The notes under the pieces were generated by a model that saw only the letters and a list, made by a program, of their open reading frames with translations, had not been told where the DNA came from and made no database searches. 64,000 bases of DNA from the IMG/VR virus record IMGVR_UViG_3300040801_001025, positions 1 to 64,000 of that record; one strand, written 5' to 3'. The translations under genes and the position numbers were made by a program. Origin of the DNA: a virus. Positions 7,698 through 17,831 of the stretch are shown piece after piece; the first letter of the stretch is position 1; each line of letters begins with the position of its first letter.

Positions 7698-7774
7698 GGT
7701 GGGGAATGCAAACTGGCTGAGCAGTTCGCCTCATAAGCGAATGATTGCGGGTTCAAGTCCCGCCCCCACTACCA
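7698..7774 (+). tRNA. tRNA with CAT anticodon (elongator Met or Ile2)
   Basis: TTCGC-CTCATAA-GCGAA anticodon arm, GGTTCAAGTCC, CCA; no initiator features. Confidence 0.85.
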
Positions 7775-7786
7775 AGGAATCATGCT

Positions 7787-8080
7787 ATGGACTCTGAATT
7801 TGTAGATCAGCGATTAGAAAATTGCTTGCAGATCGAAGAAGCATTTATGAATGCTAGTGATCTTGATGCAAGTGAAGATCAAATCATGCAACTTTTTGAA
7901 GAATATGATCGCTGCGTGGCTGATGGTTACCTTGAAGGAACTGCTGCTGGTACTTCTTCGCTTGAGGTTAGTATAACAGGGGTGAAGGTCGATGGTGATG
8001 CTTGGTTGATTGTCCTTGTCCTTGTAGCAGTTCCGGCAATTTATGCTTTTAAGAAATGGATTGACAAGAAATTTAGATAG
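7787..8080 (+). CDS. hypothetical protein with a C-terminal TM helix
   Basis: Start moved past the tRNA to ATG7787 (SD AAGGA). Confidence 0.6.
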   Translation: MDSEFVDQRLENCLQIEEAFMNASDLDASEDQIMQLFEEYDRCVADGYLEGTAAGTSSLEVSITGVKVDGDAWLIVLVLVAVPAIYAFKKWIDKKFR

Positions 8081-8167
8081 TAGGGTGGCAGAGCGGTCTA
8101 TTGCGCCACGCTGGAAACGTGGTGTCGCTAACGCGGCGCGTGGGTTCGAATCCCACCCCTACTGCCA
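8079..8167 (+). tRNA. tRNA-Ser(GGA)
   Basis: CCACG-CTGGAAA-CGTGG anticodon arm, long variable arm, G73 discriminator, CCA. Confidence 0.95.
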
Positions 8168-8182
8168 ATATGAGAAGTAATT

Positions 8183-8389
8183 ATGTCATTCACAGTTAAC
8201 AACGATATGACAATACAAGTAGCTGATCCTAAGATTGTTCATGAAAAGTACATCACGCTAAAACGTGGTGATCTTGAATATCATATCAAAGCTACTTTTG
8301 ACTTGAAAGACGTTCCTCCAGAGTTCCATCAAATGGCTCTAAGTTTAATTAAGAGTGGCGGTACAACATTACTACTTCCGATAAAATGA
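8183..8389 (+). CDS. hypothetical protein
   Basis: ORF track; coupled to the next gene. Confidence 0.6.
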   Translation: MSFTVNNDMTIQVADPKIVHEKYITLKRGDLEYHIKATFDLKDVPPEFHQMALSLIKSGGTTLLLPIK

Positions 8390-9390
8390 ATCATATTTGT
8401 TTAGTAACGGATGCTTGGCATCCGCAAGTCAACGGTGTTGTAACAACCCTATCAACTCTTGTAACCGAAGCGGAAGAACGCGGATACTCTGTTGAGGTCA
8501 TCAGCCCGTGCTTCTTCAGCACATTCGGTCTTCCTACTTATAATGAAATTAAAGTACCTTGGAATTGGCGTAAAGCTTACAGAGTCATAGGTAATTCTAT
8601 TAAAGCCGCTAAGGCTGTACACATTGCAACCGAAGGCGCTCTTGGACTGTTGGCAAGAATCTATTGCCATCGCCACAACGTCCCATACTTGACAACCTAT
8701 CATACTAAATTCCCTGAATATGTAAAGGCTCGGTGGCCTTTCATTCCCCTTTCTTGGGGTTACAAAGTCATGCGCTGGATGCATAACAGAGCTACCACAA
8801 CGCTTGTAACTACAGCTTCAATGAAGGAAGAGCTTGACGCATGGGGAATTTCTAACACCGAGGTATGGAGTCGTGGCGTAGACACCGAGACATTTAGACC
8901 GTGGAATGATATTGAACGAGGTCCAGAGACGCTGATCGGCTACGTTGGAAGAGTATCAGTAGAAAAGAACATCGATGCTTTCTTAGATTTACCCGACAGT
9001 CTGGGCAAGAAAGTTGTAGTGGGTGATGGTCCCGATTTGAAACGATTAAAGAAAAAGTATCCTGATGTTGAGTTTGTTGGGTACAAGTTTGGTAGAGATT
9101 TAGTTGAGTGGTATAACAAACTAGATTGTATGGTTTTTCCGTCATGCACTGATACATTTGGTCTTGTAAATATCGAAGCAATGGCATGCGGTACGCCAGT
9201 TGCAGCGTATCCAGTTACAGGGCCGAAAGATATTATTATTGAGGGTCGTAATGGCGCAATGTCAGACGATTTAGATAATGCTGTAAAAAGAGCCTTGAAG
9301 TGTAATCGCGAAATATGTAGAATGCACACGGTTGAAACATTTTCATGGGAGAAATCCCTACAGCCATATTTGCTAGCACTTCTAGGATGA
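8386..9390 (+). CDS. GT4 glycosyltransferase, Agt-like glycolipid synthase
   Basis: VTDAWHPQVNGVVTTL, HIATEG.LG, YHTKFPEY, YVGRVSVEKNI, DTFGLVNIEAMACGTPV. Confidence 0.85.
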   Translation: MNHICLVTDAWHPQVNGVVTTLSTLVTEAEERGYSVEVISPCFFSTFGLPTYNEIKVPWNWRKAYRVIGNSIKAAKAVHIATEGALGLLARIYCHRHNVPYLTTYHTKFPEYVKARWPFIPLSWGYKVMRWMHNRATTTLVTTASMKEELDAWGISNTEVWSRGVDTETFRPWNDIERGPETLIGYVGRVSVEKNIDAFLDLPDSLGKKVVVGDGPDLKRLKKKYPDVEFVGYKFGRDLVEWYNKLDCMVFPSCTDTFGLVNIEAMACGTPVAAYPVTGPKDIIIEGRNGAMSDDLDNAVKRALKCNREICRMHTVETFSWEKSLQPYLLALLG

Positions 9391-9393
9391 ACG

Positions 9394-10005
9394 ATGAAGA
9401 CCTATCCCTCTATACCCAAGGCGTTTACCGCACCGCAACCTGTCTATGCATTTGACAAGCTAGATGGTTCTAATATTCGTGCGGAATGGCACAAGAAAAA
9501 AGGTATCGTGAAGTTTGGTACTCGTCGCCGTCTGCTTGATCCAAAAGAAGAACCGCTTGGCGAAGCTGTTGGGTTGATTCTAGATAAGTATGGTGAAGAG
9601 ATTGAACGTCGAACACCCAAGTTGCGTGCTGATCGCGTTACTTTCTTTTTTGAATTCTTTGGACCCAATTCGTTTGCAGGGTTTCATGAGAATGAAGAGC
9701 ATGATGTCGTTCTATTCGATGTTGACGTTTACAAGAAAGGCATCATGCCTCCCCGTGAATTCTTAAAATTCTCTGATGGTTTAGAAATTCCAGAGTTGAT
9801 CTATCAAGGCAATGTTAATCAAGATTTGGTAAATGCTGTATGGCATAGCACTCTTGATGGCATGACTCACGAAGGAATTGTATGTAAATGGAATCCTGAA
9901 AAGAAGCAAAGTATCAACATGCTGAAGCTCAAGTCTAAAGCATGGCTAGATCGTCTAAAGCAGAAATGTGGAGATGATGAAAAACTATTTGAGCAATTAG
10001 CTTAA
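9394..10005 (+). CDS. RNA-ligase-like nucleotidyltransferase
   Basis: KLDGSN (motif I), FEFFG, LFDV, EGIVCK, KLK (motif V). Confidence 0.7.
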   Translation: MKTYPSIPKAFTAPQPVYAFDKLDGSNIRAEWHKKKGIVKFGTRRRLLDPKEEPLGEAVGLILDKYGEEIERRTPKLRADRVTFFFEFFGPNSFAGFHENEEHDVVLFDVDVYKKGIMPPREFLKFSDGLEIPELIYQGNVNQDLVNAVWHSTLDGMTHEGIVCKWNPEKKQSINMLKLKSKAWLDRLKQKCGDDEKLFEQLA

Positions 10006-10230
10006 CTCTTCGATTTGAATATCAATCGTATACACTAGATTGATAACACTCACCCTCAATCTTTCAAGCTCACTGACCGGAGCTTTCTTATCTGTAAGCT
10101 TTCTGATGATACCTTCTACCTTGTTAATGTCGGCCTGAAGGTTCTGCTTTAATTCTTCTCTATCATCGATTTGTACATCGGGATTGATAGAGATATATCG
10201 CGCAATAATATCATCTGTAGTTGTAGTCAT
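9997..10230 (-). CDS. hypothetical protein
   Basis: SD AGGAG on the minus strand; ORF track. Confidence 0.55.
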   Translation of the reverse strand: MTTTTDDIIARYISINPDVQIDDREELKQNLQADINKVEGIIRKLTDKKAPVSELERLRVSVINLVYTIDIQIEELS

Positions 10231-10469
10231 ACTAAACTCCTGATTCTTCTATAGTTTACCTCGTATTCCACTCTGGGTCAAGGTTCATTTGGGTGAACAC
10301 ATCGTGGAAAATTTTTCAAAATTTCCGATAATTTATTTTTCCTTTAAAATCAATAACTTACGAATTGTAAAACTAATAATTTATGAATTGAGTGTAACCC
10401 AAATAAATATCTTTGTAGATTTAGAATTAAACCTACTGCTATCTTAACTGATATTTAAAGGAGTCGAAG

Positions 10470-11414
10470 ATGGAAGAGTTGCTTCAACGTTTGGTAGAGA
10501 ACGAGCTACTAGATGACGAGACACGTAAGGAACTTCTAGAAGCTTTCAATACGCAGAAAGACGAAGCTATTAAAGCTGCTGTCACAGAAGCGGTTAAGGA
10601 AGCAGAGGAAAACGTTCGTGTTGAATTGTCTGAGAAGTATGCTGAAGACAAAGCATTGATGGTTGAGGCCATTGATACACAGGTACAACAGCTTCTAGCT
10701 GAAGAGCTAGGTGAGCTAAAAGATGACATTGATAACTTCCGTGATTTGGAAGTTGAATATAACAAGAACTTAGTTGAAGCCCGTCAGGAGCTTTCTCAGG
10801 TTCTAAAGGGTGACATGGAAGAGCTTGTTGAAGCACTTGATGTTTTCCTTGATCAAGTTATCGAAGAACAATTTGAAGAATTGAAAGAAGATATCGCAGA
10901 CGTTCGCGAGATTCAATTCGGCGCAGAAGTTTTTGAAGCTTTTGCAGGCATGTTCTCCCGCCGTTTCATTAGTGAGAATGGCTTGCAGAACGAAATTGAC
11001 GAGCGCGAGCAGCGCCTAGCTGATCTTGAAGAACAGCTAGAGCAAACTGAGCGTAAATTGAACGAAACAACTCGTGATAAGAAGATGACAGAAATTCTAT
11101 CTTCTCTACACGGTAAGCATAAGGATGTAATGGAAGCATTGCTACGTACAACTCCTACTGAGAAGTTGGAAGAAGCATACGAGCGTTACATTCCAAAGAT
11201 TCTCCATGAAAGCGCAAGTGAAGTGGAGTCGGAGAAGGAAACCGCGAAAGCGCAAGTACTAGCCGAGGGTGCAGGTGATAAGAAAACTATCACCGAAGGT
11301 ACGGTAGTCGCTACTGGCGACACCAGTAAAAAGACCGAGGAAGTAATTTCCGAAGGTGCAGACACGGATAAGCTTCAGCAGACTCTTGAGAGAATGCGCG
11401 GACTTATTCGCTAA
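10470..11414 (+). CDS. gp22: prohead core scaffold protein
   Basis: Acidic coiled coil directly upstream of the capsid gene; FEAF motif; AATAAATA late-like promoter at 10402. Confidence 0.8.
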   Translation: MEELLQRLVENELLDDETRKELLEAFNTQKDEAIKAAVTEAVKEAEENVRVELSEKYAEDKALMVEAIDTQVQQLLAEELGELKDDIDNFRDLEVEYNKNLVEARQELSQVLKGDMEELVEALDVFLDQVIEEQFEELKEDIADVREIQFGAEVFEAFAGMFSRRFISENGLQNEIDEREQRLADLEEQLEQTERKLNETTRDKKMTEILSSLHGKHKDVMEALLRTTPTEKLEEAYERYIPKILHESASEVESEKETAKAQVLAEGAGDKKTITEGTVVATGDTSKKTEEVISEGADTDKLQQTLERMRGLIR

Positions 11415-11448
11415 GCAAAAATATTCTGGTTAGTATTGGAGAAACAAA

Positions 11449-12861
11449 ATGGAACTAGAAATGTTAAATGAACACTGGGACCAGACCAAAGAGACCCTAC
11501 TTGACGGCTTGAAAGAGAGCAAGAAAGCGGTTGTTGGCAAGGTTCTAGAGAATACCCGTCAGCACATGCTGGCAGAAACTGCGGCAGCAGGTTCTACTCA
11601 GGCTCACGATATCGCGGGCTTCCGTAAGACCCTTCTTCCAATGATTCGTCGTATCATTCCGGGTACGATTGCAACTGAGCTTGTTGGTGTACAGCCTATG
11701 GCTGGTCCAGTTGGCCTAGTTTACACACTTCGTTATAAGTACGAAGAAGACATGACACACAACCCAGCTTCTTCTCAGTTCGGTGGTTTCGATATCTCCG
11801 CTGGTGATGAAGCATTCGGTAACGATGTACCTATCCGCCAGTTCTACGCAGGTAACACTGGTTCCGCTCAGACCGCTGGTGCTTCTGGCATCGACGCTCC
11901 GGGTGCTGATGGTACTTCTGCTCCATTTGATATTGACGCAGCAACCGCAGAGGGTGGCGCTTGGGAATCTTCTCAGGATGTTACCACATACGGTTCTGGT
12001 ACGTCTACCTTCAGCGGTTACTCTGTAAACGTTGGTGGTACAATGCTAGGTGGTTCTGGTTCCTTCGTTGAAGGTTCCGGTGGCCGTAAGATGACCCTAG
12101 AGGTTATCTCTCAGGCGGTCGAAGCCGGTAGCCGTAAGCTACAATCCGGTTGGACCATCGAGGCAATGCAGGACTTGAACAGCCAGCACGGCCTTGACCT
12201 AGAGTCTGAAATCACCAAGGCGCTTTCTGCTGAAATCGTTCTTGAAATCGACGCTGAAATCATCAACGACTTGCTAGCACTTGCTGGTACTGTTCGTACA
12301 TTTGACTTCGCTCAGACAGCGGGCACAACTTACGCTCCAGCGTTCGTTGGTGACAGATTTGCTAACTTGGGTGTTCGCATCCACGAAGTTGCAAACGTTA
12401 TCGCTCGTAAGACCCGTCGTGGTGCAGGCAACTACGTTGTAGTTTCCCCTATGATCGTGTCTGTTCTACAGAGCGCAGCAAAGGCAGTATTCGCTCCAGC
12501 AGTTGAGGGCGAATTCAAAGGTCCAAACAACACTGAGTTGGTTGGAACCATGAACGGCTCCATCAAGGTATACAGCTACCTATGGAACCAAGCAGCACCG
12601 GGTACGTCCGCGCCTAACGGCACAGACAAAATCTTGGTCGGATACAAAGGTGGTGACACAGAAGTCGACGCAGGTTACTTCTACGCGCCATACGTTCCTC
12701 TAATGTCTTCGGGCGTTATCGTGAACCCTGTAACCTTCCAGCCGGTTGTTTCCTTGATGACCCGTTACGGTAAAGTCGCATTGACTGATCCGACAACATC
12801 TCTTGGCAACTCCGCTGACTACTACGGACGTATCAACGTAGTTAACCTAGAGTTCCTATGA
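11449..12861 (+). CDS. gp23: major capsid protein
   Basis: LVGVQPMAGPVGLV, SRKLQSGWTIEAMQDL, TRRGAGN, DAGYFYAPYVPL, FQP...MTRYG. Confidence 0.97.
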   Translation: MELEMLNEHWDQTKETLLDGLKESKKAVVGKVLENTRQHMLAETAAAGSTQAHDIAGFRKTLLPMIRRIIPGTIATELVGVQPMAGPVGLVYTLRYKYEEDMTHNPASSQFGGFDISAGDEAFGNDVPIRQFYAGNTGSAQTAGASGIDAPGADGTSAPFDIDAATAEGGAWESSQDVTTYGSGTSTFSGYSVNVGGTMLGGSGSFVEGSGGRKMTLEVISQAVEAGSRKLQSGWTIEAMQDLNSQHGLDLESEITKALSAEIVLEIDAEIINDLLALAGTVRTFDFAQTAGTTYAPAFVGDRFANLGVRIHEVANVIARKTRRGAGNYVVVSPMIVSVLQSAAKAVFAPAVEGEFKGPNNTELVGTMNGSIKVYSYLWNQAAPGTSAPNGTDKILVGYKGGDTEVDAGYFYAPYVPLMSSGVIVNPVTFQPVVSLMTRYGKVALTDPTTSLGNSADYYGRINVVNLEFL

Positions 12862-12888
12862 TCGAAAGATCGGGACTCGACTCCTTGG

Positions 12889-12915
12889 AAAAACCCGGCA
12901 TCTGCCGGGTTTTTT
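12889..12915 (+). terminator. rho-independent terminator
   Basis: AAAAACCCGGCA-TC-TGCCGGGTTTTTT. Confidence 0.85.
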
Positions 12916-12944
12916 CGTTTTAAAGACAGTGCTTTTGCACCATC

Positions 12945-12952
12945 TATAAATA
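12945..12952 (+). promoter_or_regulatory. late promoter
   Basis: TATAAATA upstream of the endolysin. Confidence 0.7.
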
Positions 12953-12974
12953 CGTAAAACATAGGAGTTAGGCC

Positions 12975-13373
12975 ATGTATAAATTTGGTGAGCGTTCTAA
13001 AAATAATCTGGCAACCTGCCATCCCCTTCTACAAGAAATTCTTAATGAAGCTATTAAACATGTAGACTTTTCTGTTCTCCAAGGTCATCGTGGTGAAATA
13101 GAACAGAATGCATATTACTCTGCTGGTAAGAGTAAAGTCAAGTGGCCAAACAGTAAACATAACAAAAATCCCTCTCATGCAGTAGACGTGGCACCTTACC
13201 CAATTGATTGGGAAGACATTAAAAGGTTTGCCCATCTTATGGGGCTTCTACGAGGCATTGCAGTCGCTAAAGGTATCAAAGTTAGAATTGGTGCCGATTG
13301 GGATAATGATGGTGATATTACAGATCATAAATTCATGGATTGGCCACATATCGAACTAGTAATGGACGATTAA
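12975..13373 (+). CDS. endolysin, M15 (L-Ala-D-Glu) peptidase
   Basis: R...EQ, SKH...AVD, DWPHIEL zinc ligands. Confidence 0.9.
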   Translation: MYKFGERSKNNLATCHPLLQEILNEAIKHVDFSVLQGHRGEIEQNAYYSAGKSKVKWPNSKHNKNPSHAVDVAPYPIDWEDIKRFAHLMGLLRGIAVAKGIKVRIGADWDNDGDITDHKFMDWPHIELVMDD

Positions 13374-13718
13374 TTGATGTCGAAAATTGGATTTAAAGAG
13401 TTCTATGAAACCAAGTATATGAACTCAAAACAAAAATTACTAGCGGCGTGCGATGATACGCCACGGATGAGAAACGAATATAAGCTAACTAAGTACTGTA
13501 AGTTTCCGGTATATGAGAGTACTGACAGTGATGATAAAATTTATGTAGCGTTTCGCCCTAAAGACCGTATTCAGGTTTTATGGGAGCAAGTAAATGAGCA
13601 TGATGACTATCCAATTCCTAAATCGATCTACTTATATGGAGAAGAAAAGGAAGTCTTTCCATGTTGGAACAACAAAAAGTTTATGAAATGGATAGAGAAC
13701 AGCACAATCGAGTCGTGA
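13374..13718 (+). CDS. hypothetical protein
   Basis: ORF track; N-terminal FKEFYE. Confidence 0.65.
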   Translation: MMSKIGFKEFYETKYMNSKQKLLAACDDTPRMRNEYKLTKYCKFPVYESTDSDDKIYVAFRPKDRIQVLWEQVNEHDDYPIPKSIYLYGEEKEVFPCWNNKKFMKWIENSTIES

Positions 13719-14041
13719 TTAACAGCAATATTAAAAAGTTAATTGACGAATGGCATATTTGTCCATTTTCTGATGACGCTGCCGGTCTTTTTCAATCTCT
13801 TCGCATATGCACTGAATCCTATGTCAATGGTAAAGGTCAATTGACAATGAGTGTAATTGCGAATATTGTTTGGGATTTGCGCGAAGTTTTAAACTCACAT
13901 TGCAATAAAAATTTGACCCACTTCACAGATTTGATTTGTGATTCTATTCTTTTAGAATATAAAGGAATCACTCCGGTCGACCTTCCAGATTTCAATAATT
14001 TAACTTTCGAATGTGAAGCATATTGTTATTCCAAATTTTAA
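13715..14041 (+). CDS. hypothetical protein
   Basis: ORF track 13661..14041; GTG13715 overlaps the upstream stop. Confidence 0.55.
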   Translation: MINSNIKKLIDEWHICPFSDDAAGLFQSLRICTESYVNGKGQLTMSVIANIVWDLREVLNSHCNKNLTHFTDLICDSILLEYKGITPVDLPDFNNLTFECEAYCYSKF

Positions 14042-14086
14042 TATTTGTCCCACAGGAGTGCTAAATATTACTAGTTGGAGAATAAA

Positions 14087-14758
14087 ATGTTCAAAGAACT
14101 TCTACAAATAGTGGCTGACCACGGCCTGCTTAGTGCAGGCATAGTGAGCATTATTCTCATTATTATCAGATACGTTACTGCAATGAAAGATGTTTGGGAC
14201 CGACGCGATAGAGAGCGCCAAGAAGAAAGTGATGAAGTTCGTCGCGAAGAATTAAAAAATCATCCTTTCTTTACAAATGCATCTTTTAAGATTAATTCAG
14301 AAATACCCGTTATGACACTTGATAATGAACGTCCAGTGCGACAGCAGTTATTTAGAGATTTGATAAAGTATCATTTTATGGCAATAGAATCTTTTGCACA
14401 CGAACTTGTTGAGAAAGATGTAGATAAATTGTCACCACAAGCATGGGCATTTTTAGTAATTGACTATGTTACGAAAATGAATGCAGAGTTTCAGGCTGAT
14501 GCTATCACGGCTGGCGTTCCGGCTATTGCTATTCAAAAATATACGGTGTGGAATAAATCCACGATGGATACTATTGTAGGTTACGTAAATAATTTAGCAG
14601 TGTCTACAGTTTACACTACTAATACTGCTCGCATGAATACTTTCTTGTTTCTTCTCAATCTATTCTTGACGACAACCATGGGAGATGTGCATCAAGCATT
14701 TTCCGAAATGAATGGTGCTGTAAGTGGCCTTCAATACCAAAATGCCACGGTGGAATAA
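14087..14758 (+). CDS. single-TM membrane protein, holin candidate
   Basis: SD GGAG; N-terminal TM helix plus a large soluble domain; near the endolysin; function inferred. Confidence 0.4.
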   Translation: MFKELLQIVADHGLLSAGIVSIILIIIRYVTAMKDVWDRRDRERQEESDEVRREELKNHPFFTNASFKINSEIPVMTLDNERPVRQQLFRDLIKYHFMAIESFAHELVEKDVDKLSPQAWAFLVIDYVTKMNAEFQADAITAGVPAIAIQKYTVWNKSTMDTIVGYVNNLAVSTVYTTNTARMNTFLFLLNLFLTTTMGDVHQAFSEMNGAVSGLQYQNATVE

Positions 14759-14780
14759 ATACATTTAAAGGGAATCATGA

Positions 14781-17700
14781 ATGGGTATCTACGATAAACA
14801 CGCCGATGCGCCTGAAAGACTGCGCAACGAAGGTCAAGAAATCACAGTAAAGTTTGCTCGTAACGGCGATGGTACTGGAACCATTTCATGGGACTTGCCA
14901 ACGATTGCTGGATGCAGCATTGATAATCTTATATATGACGGTATTGTAATTACGGTTAGTAATAGACCGGCAACACATCTTTCGACTTCTCCAGTGAACG
15001 GCGAGTATTATGAAGGTGATCCAACCTTTGATGCTACCGCCCATACTGGTGATCAAATTGGCGGTGCCCGTGTTGTAGGCGCGTTTTATCACGATAAATC
15101 CACAACATCAATGGTAGTTTCTGATGTTTTAGATAAAACTCCATACTATGTTTCAGCATATGCGGTCGATCAAGTTGGTAACTATTACCGTGAAGGAGTT
15201 CATGCTTACTCCCTAGAGACTGGATTTAATGAATCTAACAAGCGTTTAGGGGAGACTCCAGCTTATCATGACGTAGAAATTGATACGCCTGATGGCCTTC
15301 CTGTAAATGCTCGCACTGGACTGGACCGATCTAGAAAATATAAATTAAAGTTAACTGTTAATGACCAATGCATTCAACTTGATGATATTGATGGTGCAAA
15401 CCTACAAACGTATAAAGACATTGCCACAGAATTGAATAGATTGCTAGCTTTGGAGAGCAATCCTATTCTGGGGCCACATTATCCAAATGAAGGCAAGTAT
15501 TTCATAGACGTTGAGAATGAGCAAGTCTTTTTATGGGATGGTGCCTCAAATGTATTACAAGCAGATTCAATCTTTGCCGAGGATGATCCGGCTGTTCCAG
15601 TCGTTGGTATCTATTGGTATAAACCATCCACGAATGAGTTGCGTGTGCGCGGTGCAACGAGTTGGAGTCTGGTAACCGCAACGATTGATTTCCCAACAGA
15701 CCCATCTAATCCTAGCGATGGTACGCTGTGGTTTGATCAGATTTTTCAAAGCGACGGATCACTTGATACGTCCAATTCAAATGTCTGGGCATGGGAAGAT
15801 GGAACGTGGTGCAAACGTCCGCTACTAATTCAGACTCGCAACCCGCTACTACCACCTGTTCTAACTGTTAAAGATTATTGGTACAACACCGAGAGTGGCG
15901 TCACTTCTAAGCGTAACCCAGATTTGCGTAGATGGGAAGAGGTAGACCCGATTGTTTGGGATACCGACCCTAATACGATTGCGAATGGCAATTATTGGTA
16001 TAGCTTGACCGCCGAGAGAGCTTTCATCCGTGTATCTGGAGAATGGACTGAAGTAAACAATATTAGATATGAAGAGCGTAATGCATCTGGCGACCTAGAT
16101 AATCCAGTCGCGTTGCACTATTGGTTTATTCCGTCTGAACAGCTTCTGTTCCAAAGAAATGCTGCAAACACTGCATGGACTGAGATAAATGTTGTTATAG
16201 CTGCAAACGATCCTGCTGTTCGTGCTAGCTGTGATGTATGGTGGAATGTTACTACAAGTGTTGACACTTTGTTCGTTTGGGATGAAGTAAACAATGAATG
16301 GGATCAGGTTCGAAGTTTCACCGAGTCTGCAACTGATCCAGCATTGCCACCAACTTTAGAAAGTGGTACGATTTGGTACAATTCAGACACTGAAGTCATG
16401 CAACAGATCACTGGTCTGAATTGCACAGATGTGACCTTTATAGCCAGTTCCTTCGATCCCACTTCACTACCTGTAGGGGTTGTTTGGAGAAATACAGCCT
16501 CTGGCGGTTTTGCAATTTGGGATGGTACAGAATTCACAACGATCACTGCTTTAGTCAGTGAAAATGATCCATATGCCGTATCGGAAGGCACGTTCTGGTT
16601 CCGTACTGATCCAGAGCGACTATCTCAACGAGTGGCTGGGAATTGGGTTACTAGAGAGTTTAGTACGTCATCGTTGGCTCCCGCAATAGGTACATTATTC
16701 TTTGACACGATTGAAGATAAACTTCTAGAATGGGATGGTACAGCGTGGGTTGATGGCACGCCAATTGCTCGCGTTGACCTATTGTTCAATAGAGAAGTTT
16801 GCTTGGACGACACGCCAAACATTGATACAGATTTGTTCTCGCCATATAACGACCGTGATCGATTTGGCCGCGACTTATTTAGATTTAGTACAAGTCGAAC
16901 GGGTTGCGAAGCTAGAATTGAAGTAGACTTTAATCAACTTGGGAATATCTTTGTTGAGATTAATAGACCAATAGTTCGTTATACTCCAGCGACTGGTAGA
17001 AGCATCGATGAAGCCGGTCCAACTTACATGGAGATTGGCGTTGGTGATGACGGTACGCCAGATGAGCGTAGGAACCTTCAACAGCAGATTCGTATTGCTC
17101 TAGGTGGATCAAGTGTAACGGTCGAATTGACAAAATCTGATTTAGATGAATGTATTGATAATGCATTGCTACTTGTTAGAAGATACTCAAGCTATGCATA
17201 TCAAAGAGTGTTTTTCTTCCTTGATGTATTTCCGAACCAACAAAGATATCGTTTGATTAACAAATGCGTTGGGTTCAACAAGATTGTATCTGTTAACGAA
17301 ATTATGCGAATGCGTACAGGTTTCTTAGGAGCATCGCAGGGTACATTTGGCGGCTACGATATCTACGGTTACGCCGCATTACAGCAACTTTATCAATTAG
17401 GCTCATTTGATATGCTATCGTATCATTTGGTTGCTAGTTATGTTGAAGACCTTCAATATCTGTTTGCAGATCAATTAGTTTACACATGGTACGAAGATAC
17501 AAGAACACTTAGCTTTACTCAAATATTCTATAACAATGAGAGAGTTATGCTTGACGCTACTGTAGAAATACCCGAGCAAAAGTTAATGGTTAATAGGCAG
17601 TTAGCTTACTGGATTAAGAAGTGGGCAATAGCTGAAGCTAAGATGAAACTCTCACAAGTTCGAGGTAAGTTTACAGCCTTACCGGGACCAAATGGCAGCA

Positions 17701-17831
17701 CGACATTGAATAGTCAGGAATTAATCACTCAGGCAGAGAACGAAAAAGCTGCATTGATGGAAGAAATTAAGACTGACAGATCGTATCAGGACGAGAACGT
17801 TGGCGTCAAGTCACAGTTCTTGATTGGTTAA
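14781..17831 (+). CDS. gp13: neck protein gp13-like with a long Trp-rich repeat N-terminal extension
   Basis: C-terminal LG...VTVEL...LD.CID.AL, WIKKWA.A..K..L..VRGKF..LPGP.G..LN.. typical of gp13; upstream of gp14. Confidence 0.75.
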   Translation: MGIYDKHADAPERLRNEGQEITVKFARNGDGTGTISWDLPTIAGCSIDNLIYDGIVITVSNRPATHLSTSPVNGEYYEGDPTFDATAHTGDQIGGARVVGAFYHDKSTTSMVVSDVLDKTPYYVSAYAVDQVGNYYREGVHAYSLETGFNESNKRLGETPAYHDVEIDTPDGLPVNARTGLDRSRKYKLKLTVNDQCIQLDDIDGANLQTYKDIATELNRLLALESNPILGPHYPNEGKYFIDVENEQVFLWDGASNVLQADSIFAEDDPAVPVVGIYWYKPSTNELRVRGATSWSLVTATIDFPTDPSNPSDGTLWFDQIFQSDGSLDTSNSNVWAWEDGTWCKRPLLIQTRNPLLPPVLTVKDYWYNTESGVTSKRNPDLRRWEEVDPIVWDTDPNTIANGNYWYSLTAERAFIRVSGEWTEVNNIRYEERNASGDLDNPVALHYWFIPSEQLLFQRNAANTAWTEINVVIAANDPAVRASCDVWWNVTTSVDTLFVWDEVNNEWDQVRSFTESATDPALPPTLESGTIWYNSDTEVMQQITGLNCTDVTFIASSFDPTSLPVGVVWRNTASGGFAIWDGTEFTTITALVSENDPYAVSEGTFWFRTDPERLSQRVAGNWVTREFSTSSLAPAIGTLFFDTIEDKLLEWDGTAWVDGTPIARVDLLFNREVCLDDTPNIDTDLFSPYNDRDRFGRDLFRFSTSRTGCEARIEVDFNQLGNIFVEINRPIVRYTPATGRSIDEAGPTYMEIGVGDDGTPDERRNLQQQIRIALGGSSVTVELTKSDLDECIDNALLLVRRYSSYAYQRVFFFLDVFPNQQRYRLINKCVGFNKIVSVNEIMRMRTGFLGASQGTFGGYDIYGYAALQQLYQLGSFDMLSYHLVASYVEDLQYLFADQLVYTWYEDTRTLSFTQIFYNNERVMLDATVEIPEQKLMVNRQLAYWIKKWAIAEAKMKLSQVRGKFTALPGPNGSTTLNSQELITQAENEKAALMEEIKTDRSYQDENVGVKSQFLIG

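Noticed and set aside
10231-10469. Replication origin in an AT-rich intergenic gap
   Set aside because: Only a short IR and a late-like promoter; no iterons, so unsupported.
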